The position numbers and the translations under genes were made by a program. A DNA stretch of 63,474 nt, filler included, from Saprolegnia diclina VS20 (taxonomy: Eukaryota): the NCBI RefSeq assembly GCF_000281045.1. It is 8 parts of 3 records of this genome, joined end to end, with 100 filler letters (N's around TTAATTAATTAA, not from the genome) between each part and the next. Parts side by side here need not be neighbours in the genome. Positions count along the whole stretch, not along the records: positions 1 to 7,469 come from NW_008246084.1; positions 7,570 to 26,644 come from NW_008246084.1; 6 more parts are not named here. One strand, given 5' to 3'. The notes beneath the pieces are model-generated. The model saw only the letters and a program-made list of their open reading frames with translations, searched no databases and was not told the DNA's origin. Below are positions 1 to 12,489 of the stretch, piece after piece; position 1 is the first letter of the stretch, and the number at the start of each line of letters is the position of its first letter.

Positions 1-3000
1 GGCGTTCCCAACGCTGCCACGCGTCCGTGCTCCAAGATGAGGACGCGGTCCGACGTCAGGATCGTGTTGAGCCGATGCGTCACTGTGAGCACCGTGCGCT
101 CAGCACACTCGGCCCGCACCGCCTGTCGCAAGCTCTCGATAGGTATCTCGCGACACAAATGACGTACCTCTTGGAGCGCATAGTCCTTTGGCGTCGCCCA
201 CGAGACCGCCGCGGGCTCGTCCAGACACACGATCGACGCGTTCTTGAGCCAAATGCGCGCGCAGCAGAGCAGCTGTCGCTCGATGACGGTAAAGTTGCGG
301 CCGCGCGTCGTCACCGGCTCATCCAGTGACGAAACCATACTCACGAGCTGGGCGCGGCGCAGTGCCGCCCAAAGGCGGTCATCGCCAAAGATGCCAAATG
401 GATCCAAGTTGCTGCGCACCGTGCCTAGTATCAATGTATCAACGTATCAGAGACACCATAGGAGATCCGTGGTGGTACCTGAAAAGAGAATCGGGTCTTG
501 GGGAATGTACGCGACTTGGCGCCGGGCATCGTGAAGCCCCATCGATGCAATGTCGACACCATCGATGCGAATGACGCCAGCGTCGAGCTCAAGCAGACGC
601 ATCAGCGCCATCACAAGGCTGCTTTTGCCCGACCCCGATGCGCCCACCACGGCGATCTTCTCGTGGGCGACGACGTCGAACGAGAGGTGGGTCAGCGCCG
701 GCGCCTCGTGTGGCTGGTAGCGCACTTCAACATTCTCAAACGTCAGGCGACCGCGCTTCTCACTCTCGAGGCCACGAAGCGAGAGGTCGCTTGTCAGCGG
801 CGCCTCCATCGGGAGGTTGTCATAGCTCTCGAGTCGCTGCAGCGCAGCATGGGAGCCTTGCACTTGAGCTAGGACGCGCAGTGCCCAGTGAAGCGTCGGT
901 GTCAGCTGCAGAGCGTAGTAGAGAGCCATCGCCACTAGCGGCAAGGGCGCCATGCCGGAGGCTTTCGAGTTGACGACAAGGGCAGCAGCCAAGGCACTCA
1001 GCGTCGCGCCAAGCCACTCGACCCGGACTGCGAGCCAGTGGTTGGTCGCCGTCACCACCACGTGCACGCGCTGATGCGCATCAAGGAGCGCGTAGTAGTT
1101 GGCGCTGCAGTGGCCCTCGATGCGGTAGGCGTGAAGCGACCGAAGACCGAGAAGGCACTCGCGGACGTACGCCGTCATCGCCTCCCGCGTGGCCGCTTCG
1201 AGTCGTTGGAGGGCGTTGGCCGACGGCACGTACGCTCGCTGCAGTGCGTAGAGCGCCGCCATTGCTGGAAGGACGGCCAGTGCGAACCACGGCGTCACGA
1301 GCATGACAAGACCAACGGTTGTCCCGATAAGCAAAAGCGTGTGCAGTAGCATGTGCATGGTCGACGGCACCTCGAGGTCGACGACGGCGATGTCGGACGC
1401 CAGCGTTGCGAGCAGCGCCGAGACGGGTGATGGCTCGAAAAAGCTGAGCGGAGCGCGGAGAAGGTGCCACAGCGAAGTGTGAAAGAGGCGCTGGCTGCCG
1501 ACGCGACCTCGACGGTACGAGATGGCCGACCGCATGTAGAGCAGACCAATATACAGCGCATGTCCCGTAGCAAAGACGTAGAGACCGAGGAGCGACTCGT
1601 CAAAGCCGAGGTACGATGTCGCAAGAACCGTGGTGGCCTGGGCACTCAGATACCAAACGAACGATGTGGCGGCGAGGCCATAGCCGCCACATGCTCGTAG
1701 GTACCGCTTGTAGACGCCCGAGTGCTCTTTGAGGCTTGCGACAGCGTCCGTGAGCGTCGGCAACAGCGGCGTTGGGTCGGGCGACACGAAATCTTGTCCT
1801 GTTGGCGCGGGTTCAAGTCTCACTGCTGCATCGTCGAGTAGCGTGTGCGACTGCAGTAGGTCGTGGATCGGTCCGTCGTCACAGAGCACGGTTGTGATCG
1901 AGCCTTGCTCAACGACGACACCATCCTCGAGCAGCACGACCGAGTCGCAGAGTGGGACAAACGCCAAGGCATTCGTGACCCAGAGGATGCACTTGCGCCG
2001 GAGAAGACCGCGGAGGCAGCGACCAAAGATATGGTCGCGTGTCGCAGAGGCCATGGACGCAAAAATGTCATCTAGTAGGTAGACGTCCGCATTTTGGTAG
2101 ACCGCACGAGCCAGCGCGATGCGCACGTGCAGACTCGGGTCCACCGAAGCCGGAACGCTGTCCATGTTGGTCTCGTCGTGGTCGGGGAAGAGCGCGCTGT
2201 TGTCGAGCACGAGCGACGTCAGACCCGTAACGTCCATGACGCACGCGTACCAGGACGCCTCCCACGGCTTGCCAAACAACACGTTCTCCTTGATGCTTGT
2301 GTGGCGCAAGAATGGCTTTTGCGCGACGTACGCAAAGGCGCCGCGGGCCATGACGCGGCCCGACGTGCAGTGGACCTCGTTGAGGAGCGCGTTGAGCAGC
2401 GTCGACTTGCCACTGTTGTGCGGGCCAAGAATCGCGCAGAGCTCGCCGGCGCGGACGTAGAGGTCGATGCCCCGCATCTGCCAGAGGCCATTCGATGCTG
2501 ACGAGAACGAGGCTTCGGCCGCGTCTATCGATGGCAGCTGCCAGCTCAAGTCGGCGTCTTCAAAGCGCACTCCAATCGCACTGAGCGTTCCGACCGTGAG
2601 CCGTCGTTGGTCGACCTCAACAAGAAAGGCTGTGATGCGATCCAAGCTCGCCGACGCTTCTGAGAGCGTCGAGAACACCTGCGGCAAGAGCGCGATCGGT
2701 GTCCGGAGCATCTGGAGAAGCAGCAAGCTCGGAAGGACGGTCGCCAAGTTCAGCGCTGCGCCCGTGAGATAGACGTGGCTCCCCATCACGGCCATTGCCA
2801 TGAGAAGCGGCGTCGCGTCAAATAGCGTGGTCGAAAGACTGCGGAGCCGGGCGACGAGCGTCAGTTGCTTGAGCTCGGCGTCGCGCAAGGTCGACAGGCG
2901 CGCGAGGCAGTGCTCTTCCCACGTCTGCATCTTGACCATCTAGAGATCGCATGACAATAGCTTCCAACAAGCGGGTTAATGGACCTTGAGACCGCGCAGT

Positions 3001-3871
3001 GTCTCGTCGCATGTGTGCTGGCGCGACGATGCAAGCGTGTGCAGCTGGGCGTGCGCGGCCGTGGCTTTGGTCGCGAGGCAGGAGCTGAGCGGCGTCATAA
3101 TGACAGCAACAGCAATGCCCACAAAGGTAGCGACGCCAACAAACGAGTAGAGCAAGTACGTGGCCATGCAGATCTACATATATCGTAAGAAAAGTTTCAA
3201 TCTGTCAAAAGAGTATCAACCTGCAGCGTCGCGTACCACAGCGCGTGGAGATACGGCGACGCATCGCGGAGCTTTTGGACGTCGGTCGTGACGAGGCCCA
3301 CGATCGAAGCAGACGACGTCTGCTGCCGCACCGAGAGCGCGAGGTGCAGCGCCTTGTCGTACGTCATTGCCACGAGCGCACTCTTGACGTACAGGCCAAC
3401 GTCGGCGCAGTAGCAAAAGTACTGGCGCAGAAATGCCGACTGCGCGAGGCTAACGCCAAAGAGGATACTCACGTACATGTAGCCTTGTGCCATTGGCACG
3501 TCCGACGCCATAAAGTGCAGCAGCGCGGCCAAGACCATGGGTGTGACGAACTGGAGCACGTCGGCGAGCAGCTTCATGCAGCCAGCGAGGAAGAAGGGTC
3601 GACCAAACGCCTTGAGGAGGCAGAGCCAGACGCGCGGCTGGACGCGACGCTTCTCGGGGCCCCACTGCTGCTTGAAGTGGAGCGCGATAACGTGGGCGCG
3701 GCTGGCCGGGTCCAGCGAGCAGAGGTCGTCCATCTCGAGCGGGCGCGCCTGGCCGAGGTAGAGCAATGGCGTGAGCCACGACACCCATAGCGCATGGCGG
3801 CTGCCGCCGGCTATGGGCGGCCTCGACGCGCTGGGGCGACGCCCGCCATGCAGCAGCGGCTTGGACTCCAT
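1..3871 (-). CDS. ABCC (MRP-type) ABC transporter, multi-exon, 3' end runs off the window
   Basis: TMD1 start 'WVSWLTPLLYLGQARPLEMDDL'; NBD1 Walker A GPHNSGKST, 'AYVAQKPF', Walker B 'VYLLDD'; TMD2; NBD2 GASGSGKSS, 'IPQDPILFSG|TVRSNLDP', 'VCLDEP', 'TVLTVTHRLNTI'. Short GT-AG introns join the ORF pieces. Start codon placement uncertain. Confidence 0.92.
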
Positions 3872-4014
3872 CGTCGCTTCGCCTCGACCGTTGCGATCTT
3901 CCACGATCTTTGGTGGCTGGCGACCTGCGAGATTCGATATCATATGCATTGCAGGAGGTTTCGGACACTCCGGCTGGTCATCTGCAAGTTGATCGCAGTG
4001 GACCAATACACTGG

Positions 4015-5914
4015 ATGAACTCGAAGGTACCGAGATGATGCACGCCCGTGGCGACACGCAGACCTAGGGCGGGCAACTCTTTTTCGCGGCGCTTGAAGGC
4101 CGCCTCGACGACGTCACGAGGTTGTTGGACGACGGTGTCGCCGCCGACTGGACGTGCGCGGTACGCAGATGCGCACACGCTGCGTACTCACCGTGCCATG
4201 CTCAGGCGTTGGCTGGCTCCACTGCGCTCTTTGGGGCGAGCCAGAATGGGCACGATGCAGTCGTTTGCGCGCTATTGGCTGCCAACGCCGCCGTGAACCA
4301 TACCACGCATGTATGTCGTCTTGCACCCAACGGTGTTTTCGATCATGGCGTAGGAGGGCGAAACCACTTTGATGCCGGCTGCGACGCTCGGCCACGATGC
4401 CGTCGTATGCACGCTACTCGCAGCTCAAGCGGACGTCAACCAAGCCATGACGGTTTGCATCGCCCTTTTTAGCAGCCATACTGACTGTACTATGTGTAGG
4501 ATACGTCGACGGCACTGGCGTTTGCTGCGTGCAATGGTCACCGAGCGATTGTCGACATGCTCGTCGCGGCCAATGCCACCGTCGACGCTCAAGTGACGGT
4601 CCGACGTTTTTTGTTTCTCGAGTTTTCGCACATTTTGCATCAATAGGCGGGGGCCACCCGCTTGTTTTTGGCAGCCCAGTGCGGGCATGCCGATGTAGTC
4701 GCGTCGCTTTTGGCAGCAAATGCGTTCGTCGACCACGCCATCGAGGTATCGTCGTCGTTGTGCATTTTTCTTGAACAAGGTGGGAATAATGTGGCAGAAC
4801 GGATTCACGCCGCTGATGATCGCCGTCAAAAATGGTCATTTTGCGGTCGTTGAGGCCCTCCTCGCGGCCAATGCCTCTGTCGACCACGCAACGAGCGTAC
4901 GCTTTTACTAGCGTCGTGTGAGGCTCTCAAAACGATGGCGTAGAAGGGCGAGACGGCGCTGCTCTTTGCAGTCAAATATGGTCTAACTTCGGTGGTCACA
5001 GCGCTTTTGAAGGCGCACGCGTGCGTCAACCAAGCCGGCCACGAACTCGTGCGACGTTTCCGAGTGTTGCGATCCTGTCTCTAGAACGATGTTTAGGACC
5101 GAGCGACGCCACTCGCCATCGCCTCGGACATCGGTCACCTTCCCATTGTGATGGCGCTCTTGGGCGCCAACGCGGCTGTGGACCAAACCAATTCGGTATT
5201 TCACACTTCTGTACGGTGCAAAATGATTTTTGCGATGATGACCTTAGAATGGGACGACACCCCTCTTTCTCGCGGCCCAAAATGGTCATGACGCAGTGGT
5301 CGCAGCGCTTCTTGCGGCCAACGCCGCAGTCAACCACGCCAACGACGTATGTTCCCATCGACTGCCCGCTTTTTTTTTAATGTTGACACCAGGATGGCCC
5401 GACGGCCCTATTCATCGCGTCTCAGAACGGGCACGGTGCCGTCGTCGCATCGCTCCTTGCAGCACATGCTGCCGTGAACCAAGCCGACAAAGTACGTTCT
5501 CCGTGTCCCCGATTTTATCCTTAATTTTTGGCTCGAGGATGGCGCGACGGCCCTTCTTATGGCGTCCCATATTTCTTCCTACACTGAGTAATTACGTCGT
5601 AGGCGGGGGCGTCCCCCTTGCTTTTGGCTGCCCAGAACGGACATGCCCAGGTAGTGTCGACGCTCCTGGCGCACAAGGCCAACGTCCACCTCGCCAGCTT
5701 TGTACGCATCATCCTCTTGTGTTGTTGTCTGCATTGTGCAACGTAGAATGGAGAGACCGCTCTTGATTTCGCGACGCGCTTCGGCCACGTGCATGTCGCC
5801 CGACAACTTGTGAGCGCTGGCGCGTTCGTGAACCAGCGCGCCGACGAGACGCCACCGACAGCGCCGCCTGCCCGACGCCAGCGCCTCGCCAAAACGGCCC
5901 GAATCGAAAAGTAG
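4015..5914 (+). CDS. Ankyrin-repeat protein, ~12 repeats, one repeat per exon
   Basis: ATG 4015 (MNSK), then phase-0 exons each encoding one repeat of type xGxTPLxxAAxxGHxxVVxxLLxxxAxVN, e.g. NGFTPLMIAVKNGHFAVVEALLAANASVDHATS and NGTTPLFLAAQNGHDAVVAALLAANAAVNHAND. Stop TAG 5912-5914. Confidence 0.9.
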
Positions 5915-6094
5915 AAGCAACACCTGATGTACTACACACACGACAATACTGACGACGTTACGACCACTCTTACCAGGAAAAACAAGCAACCCGCAACCAT
6001 ACATCTAGGTCACCGCAGAGTTGAGCCTCGCCAGGACCACCTTTGTGGCGGCACCAGTATGAACCAACCACAGTCGCCATCTCGACGTCCTTCA

Positions 6095-6260
6095 ATCGCA
6101 AGATACGTATTTAGAGCTTGCGACGGGCGAGTGTGCTGAGCGCACGGTGCTCACAGTGACCCATCGGCTCAATCCTGACGTCGCACCGCGTCCTTATCTT
6201 GGAGCACGGACGTTTGGCCGAAATGGGACCCCTATCGATGTGCTGGCGACGCCGTGTGCG
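6095..6260 (+). pseudogene. Decayed inverted copy of the ABCC 3' region (intron end plus NBD2 exon)
   Basis: gagtgtgctgagcgcacggtgctcacagtgac..catcggctcaa..tcctgacgtc..accgcgtcct.atcttggagcacggacg matches the reverse complement of ~20-155, with frameshifting deletions. Confidence 0.85.
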
Positions 6261-6463
6261 ACCAGGACGACGCTCCTCGAGCAGTGGCGCGCTGCGTATT
6301 TCTCGACAAGGATTCCACAGCATTCATGCACACACTGCCTTAGTTGGTAAGATCAAGTCAAATTGATGATGCTAAAAGCCTTGGAATTACGTGGCAGCGA
6401 CAAAGTGTGGTGCAGTTATGATCAGCGTTCGTGGGCTGACATTGACGCTCTGGACGATGGAGC

Positions 6464-7469
6464 TTATGCCGCGCTCGTTGCCATGTCGAAGCGACGGGAG
6501 AGGATACGCAGCTTCTCAGCGTCGTCCAAAAGCTCCTCGCCGCACTCGGGATCGGCGCACGTCGGCGCCGTCATGACGTTGGTCGTCTCGCAAATGTCGC
6601 AGTCGATGCACAGGTTGATCGAGAAACCCTTGGCGTTGGCCACCTTGGCGCGCTTGAGCAAGAGCGCGAGCTTGGTCGACTCGTTTGGCATGGCCTCGTT
6701 GCAGCAGCTGCAGTGTTGGTTCAACGCTGCGTTGCGCGTCTTGCACATCCGGCACGGCAGACGACTCGTGAGAGCTCCCGACGACCAGGACGACGACGTC
6801 GACTAGATCCACAGACTTACTCGACACACATTCAAGACAAAACTGGGCCCTTCGTACCGAGGTGGACGAGCTGCTGCTCATGCCCTTGGTCAGTTGCGGC
6901 GGCGTCATCAGACGCTCGGTCTTGGTCTCGGGCGCTGCGACCGGTTCTCGACCAGCAAGAGCCTTTTCCTGCAGCAACAAACGGTCGATGATCGTCTGGG
7001 CTGTTGGACGTTGCTTCGGATCAAACGACAAGCAGTCGTCAGCCAGCGCCTTGTACCACGGCGCACAGTCAGCGCTCACGGACGGACGCAACTCGCCACT
7101 GCGGACGCCGTCGATGATCGCAAAGAGGTTCATGCCCGCATACGGCACTTGGAGCGTCTCGAGCTCCGTCAAAATGACGCCAAATGAGTAAATGTCGGCC
7201 GCAAAGTCGTACGTAGTTCCCGACTCAAAGACTTCGGGCGCGATCCACGCCGGCGTCCCCACAAACGTCGTCATGTCGAGGTGGAACTCCTTCGTGAGGC
7301 CAAAGTCGGCCACCTTGATGTAGTTGGTAGAGCTCAAAAGCACATTGAGACTCTTGAGGTCGCGGTGCATAAAGCCATTGCGGTGGAGGTCGGCAAGACC
7401 ATTGGCAATGACCCACGCAATGTCGAGCGTCGAGTAGTCCACCTCCGTTGGTTCGCCCTTGCGCTTCTT
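6464..7469 (-). CDS. TKL-family protein kinase (5' part lost in gap) with C-terminal Cys-rich double zinc-ribbon-like tail
   Basis: HRDLKSLNVLL, DFG, GTPAWIAPE, DIYSFGV motifs. A GT-AG intron at ~6805-6857 joins the kinase to the 6464..6748 frame (CRMC..CSCC..CDIC..CADPEC). Confidence 0.9.
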
Positions 7470-7569
7470 NNNNNNNNNNNNNNNNNNNNNNNNNNNNNNN
7501 NNNNNNNNNNNNNTTAATTAATTAANNNNNNNNNNNNNNNNNNNNNNNNNNNNNNNNNNNNNNNNNNNN
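7470..7569. other. Artificial contig-join spacer (also ~26645-26744, 44309-44408, 54056-54155, 56408-56507, 58840-58939, 60818-60917)
   Basis: Identical N44-TTAATTAATTAA-N44 blocks carrying stop codons in all six frames. Confidence 0.97.
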
Positions 7570-10500
7570 CCCGGCGGCAAGTCACCACCCAGGAGTCGTT
7601 CGTGGCAGTCGAGTGTGAGTTCGCGAAGGTCGTAGCCCAAGGCGGCGTCTCGCAGCTGGATTTGCATCCCTTTGTACATGTCGACGCAGAGAGTACGCGA
7701 CGCACTCCATGACGCCTGCATCGCATCGCAGTCGACGCCGTCCGGGTCGGGGTGGTGCTGCAGGAATACGACTTGCTTGTGCTCGATCGAGCTCTAGACA
7801 ACAGAGATTACGCGCCATCGAGCTATATAGATATATTGGCCTCCGCCTACAAGGACATATTGCTGGCACTGAGAGGGTCCGAGAATGGCTTGCGCGTCGG
7901 CACATTTGATTTCGAATCGATTCAGCACCAAGTCGTTCTCGGCCGCAATGTAGTGCGCGCGTGCCCTACGCATGTCATGTATCAACATTGCAAGCTTGAA
8001 ACCTTGAAATATTGAAAGATACGTGGCAAATTCGTCCGAGAGCGGGTCGACTTTGGCCCACTCGTTGAGGTCCATGCGCTTCAAGTGCATTGTCTCGTGG
8101 AGCTCAGTCCGCAGCATGTTGACATCGCGTGCCCAACCCATGGACGCCTTGGCGTTCAAGTATAGCATCAAATGCACTGTATCCAGCGGACTGTACGGAG
8201 CCGACGTCGTATATGGCGCCGCAATCGCGTCAGCTTGCTTTTGGCGCAGCGCTTCGTACGTGGCTTCTTCTCGGCCGCACGCGGCCTCGGCGGCCTCGAG
8301 CAACAGCGTCGCCGCTTCCACCGTGTTGCGTCGGTGCTGGACGAGCCAGTGGTCGGTGGCAAATGCCGCTGTTTGGTCCATACATTCGACCCAGCTCTTG
8401 CTCGACGCACCGGTCAAAGACGTCTCGAGACGCGTGTAGGCGGCGAGACGCCGTGTACTGCGTTTCGACCGGACGCGCGCCAGCGTCGCATCGACAAATT
8501 CGCAGCGCGTCTTCATAGTTTTCGTCAGCGCGTCTTTGCGAAGCGCTTCGTCCCGTGTCATCTACGAGCGCAAGGATGCCACGACGCCGGATGATGACAT
8601 ATTGACTTCATACATGCAGCAAGTCGGTCTCATTTCGTAAGAGCCGGGCGAGGAGCCGGGCGCGGTTGGAGGCGACGCAGTGCAGTCGGGCTTGCTTTTG
8701 CACTTCGAGCCGCAACATGGTTGCTTGGATGAGATGGCTGTCGGCAAACTCGACCTTGGCGTCCTTCTCCGTGACAACACCGTTCACAAAGAGCACGACG
8801 TGACACTCGATATCTTTTTGACGCTTGCGCTCAAGGCCGACAATGGCTTCGAGCGCCGAGTAGAGCCAGTGCTGCACCTTGGTGAGGGCGACGCACCCGC
8901 GCAGATGCGCCCACGTCGCCGCCTCCCACTCGTGCCGTCGCACATCTACGTTCTGCGCACAGCGGGCCAGTTGCGACGTTAAAAGATCGCGATCGGAGGC
9001 GAGGGCAACTCGTTCCGTGTCCCACACTGTCGCTTTGGCAAACCCGTCGGCAAAGCACTCGGCCTGGAACGCGGCCAGGGCGTCCCAGATCGGTTTGGTT
9101 TCTTTGAGGTTCTCTTGCCGCGCAAATGCCTCGAGATCGCTCTCGACGGCCGCGAGGTGCCGCAGCTGGAGCATCGTGAGCGCTAAGTGCTGTCGAACAT
9201 GCGCGTTCTCGTCTTCTTGGTACTGGAGCCGACGGAGCTGGTGGCGACAGCAGCCTTCGCTCTCCAGCGCCGCGCGATAGGCCTTCTCAGCTTCGACGCG
9301 AGGTGCTGTGACGGCGACCACCTCGCGGGTGACGACAGCAAGCTGTGATGCGGCAAGCTCGACGAGACGTTGGCACTGTGCATGCCATGCCGCGTGGCAG
9401 GCGGCGACATATGTCTGTACATAGAGCGATATAGCGTGTACGTAAGCAAAGAGGCGGCGCACCTGATAAAAGGATGCAACACATCGTCGGTGCCGGTGTC
9501 GAAGCGACCGCTCCGACGTCTCCATCCGGATGCGTTCGTGCATACTTGCCAGACTTCGCCATGCATCGGCCGGTCGGCTGCAGTCCTTCTCGCACCATAC
9601 AACGTCGTTAAAGAGCACACTCATGGCCGGTGCATCACTCGCCGACAACATGTCGACCCACGACGGCACGGCAAAGGCGTCGGCAAAGCGCCGCGTCACA
9701 TTCTCGACTTGGACGCGAAACGCTCGCATCTAAAAATAGACGTGGTATGTCACGATGAGTCATAATCCAGTGGTCTAGTTGGACAAAAGTACTGCGTGCA
9801 GCGCATGGGCGTCTTGAAAGAGGCTCTGGAGGCTCTGGAGGGTGCTGGTTTCCCACCCAACGACGTCGTCCATGGCTCGCTGCAGCGCATCCAAGTCGAG
9901 CATCGGGCTCCTCGCTGACGAGAGTGCGAACGTCTGAATATTGCAGCGGCCGTAGAGTCGCTCGGCCTCTAACGGAATCGACGCAGCGTACGCGACTTCC
10001 ATCGCGTCCATCTCGGCAAGCACATTTGTCACCGTCTCGGCCATCGACGCCTCGATCTCCTACACGTCTCGTCCCAGCTGCCGCCGCTTATCAACGCTTA
10101 CCGTGTCCAAAGCAGCAAGCGACGTGTACAGATACTTGTCGGCGTCAAGGCCCAGCATTTGGATGGTCAAGTCGACCACATTCTGACTCAGCTCGAGGTA
10201 CATGGGCATGAGCTGGTGCAAGTGCGGAATGCCGCGGCGGTATCGCTGCAACGCGTCGCCGTCATCCGAAGTGGCGTCGCTTACCATGTGAAACACACGG
10301 CTTTCGAGGTCGCCGACAACGGCTGCTAGCTGGAGGGCCGCACTCGTGAGCCGCGCCTCGATCGTAGCGATCTGTGTTGAGAGACGATGTGTCTGAACGT
10401 GGTACTCGACAAAGACTTCCGCGGACGTCTCGTTGCGGGCCACGCTGGTGGCGGTGACGCGCTCTCGCGCGGCCTCGAACGCCGCCGTATCGGCACCAAA

Positions 10501-12450
10501 CCGATCGAATAGATGCTTGCAGTAGCTGCTTATGGCGTCCGTGCGGGCTTGGGATGCCGCCGCGTGCCTAGCTGAGTTTCAGACCTGTTGTCTTTTTCGC
10601 ACAACTCACAGCTCGGTGGCGCTGCCCACGGCGCGCTCGGCGTAGAAGCGGCGCAGCTGCGGCAGCGTCGACGTCGGCGCCTCCGTTTTCCACACAAGAG
10701 GCGACACCGAGGCGACGCACCGCGCGCTCTCTAGCGCGTCGGCCACCTCCTGGGCAAACGCCACGTAATTCGACTTGGTGCTTTGAAAAAAGAACGAGCA
10801 GTGGTAGCACGGACTGCGTAGAAGCTGCCGCACATCGTCGATCGCGCCACACAATTCGCACTCAAACTCGGTGGCGTTCAAAAAGACAGAGTTGACAGGC
10901 GCCGGAAGGTGCTGCAGCAAGTAACGGCGGTTGGCCTCCCACGCCGCGTACGACACGTGCGGCCAAGTCGCTTCGACACTTGGTGCGTCCCGATACCACG
11001 TATCCAGCTGGACGTGCAAGATGGGACGACCGCTATGGGCGTACGACACCACTGTGCTCGTTTGAGATGCGACCACGAACACGGCTAATCTTACCTTCAT
11101 CGACAGCGTCGCGTGATGTACACAAGGCGTTGGAGGTTACGACAAGCAGACGCGCTGCGTGAGCCTTGGCGTAGCTCAGGCGGTTGGCGTCGCTCACGGC
11201 CACGTCGGCATCCTACGAGAAACGGCCGTGCGAGCGCGTCACAACACGTTATCGCACCGGCGTTTCCGGTGCTATCGCAACGGACAAGAGCTGTTCATCG
11301 GCCCACCAGATCGGGTACACGTGGCTTTGTACGACAGGCGAGAGCGGCGCGAGTGTACTATCGTCGCGGTCGTTGCGGAGGCTAAACAAGAGCGCTTGGA
11401 CCGCGTTGCGGACGCCTCGCGACTCGCACGGCGCAACAAGCAGCGTCGCAAACGGGATCAGCGCGTTCGGCACCGGCCGGTCTTTGAGGAGCTCGGCAAA
11501 CCGCGCCTGGCTCCACGCAAGGCGGGACCGGAGGAATGCCACGTGCTCGGCCTCGAGAACCTATTGACGTATAGGACATTGCAGGTACCCAAGATGAACG
11601 TACGGGCTGCAGCGCGTGCCAAGCCGAGGGGTCAAGCGCCCGCCGCGCACTTAGCTGCATCTGGAGGTCGGAGATCGCACTGCGAATAGCGTCGGCTTGG
11701 TCTGTCGCGTGCTTCCACTTTGATGACGCCATGCGCGTGAGGAGGACGCCCTTGCTACCGCGCACATGGGTGCGCGTCTCGGCAAACACGGGGAGGCGCG
11801 TCATCTGCGTTTCGTGGAGGCGCGTCACGAAGCGGCCGAGCACATCGCAGATCTCATCGTCGGTGATGAAGACGGGCCGGCGCTTCAAGTCATCTTCGAC
11901 TTGACGCAAGTTGCGAAGACTCTCGTCGAGCTTGGCGTCGGCTTCGTCGGCGTTGGCCTTGGCGGTGAGCAGAGCAATTGATTCGACCCACTCGATTGTC
12001 TTGGGCTCCTCGGTCGTCGTGCTCTCCCCTACGAAGCACTCTCAACTTTGCAGAGGGCGAGAGTGGGGTACGAGCGGGGGGGCTGGATGAACGACCACCC
12101 GCCTCCAGGTCGAGGCGGTGGCTAGTCGCACGCTTGGGCGACGCCTTTGGCGCGACGGCGGCGGCCAGCAGTGACAATGTCTCGTGAACCACGAGCATCA
12201 CGTCCTTTCGCTGCTCGACGGTAGCAACGTCGTCACTCATTGCATGCAAGGTCGCCTGCTCGGTCTCCTTTAGCGCCCGCAGTTTCTCAAAGCTCTTCTG
12301 CATCTCGACCACGTCCGTGATGTTTCGATGGGCCAAGTACGTGCGTCGTTGCTCGTAGAGGCGCGCGGCCTGCGCGGCTTCGGCACGCACGCGGCCAACG
12401 AGCTTGCTGGACGGCTCGTCGCGGAGACATCGCTGCAGCGCATGGTACGG
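7570..12450 (-). CDS. Large multi-exon hypothetical coiled-coil protein; may be more than one gene or continuous with the upstream LamG-like gene
   Basis: Series of minus-strand helical ORFs (7794..8561, 8608..9729, 9775..10044, 10060..10443, 10606..11100, 11382..11909, 11890..12390) separated by short intron-sized gaps. No recognisable domain; boundaries uncertain. Confidence 0.5.
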
Positions 12451-12489
12451 TGGTCTATGCCAAGCAATAAGTCACTACGTTCTGCGTGC

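Noticed and set aside
4206..5750. ~148-bp periodic repeat/spacer pattern as a CRISPR-like array
   Set aside because: The units are degenerate ankyrin-coding exons bounded by GT-AG; there are no identical direct repeats and no cas genes.
6363..6806. 147-aa plus-strand ORF as a gene
   Set aside because: Antisense shadow of the kinase's spliced Cys-rich tail.
7514..7525. Recurrent palindrome TTAATTAATTAA as a biological motif or transposon target site
   Set aside because: Always centred in 44+44 Ns; it is a six-frame-stop assembly linker.
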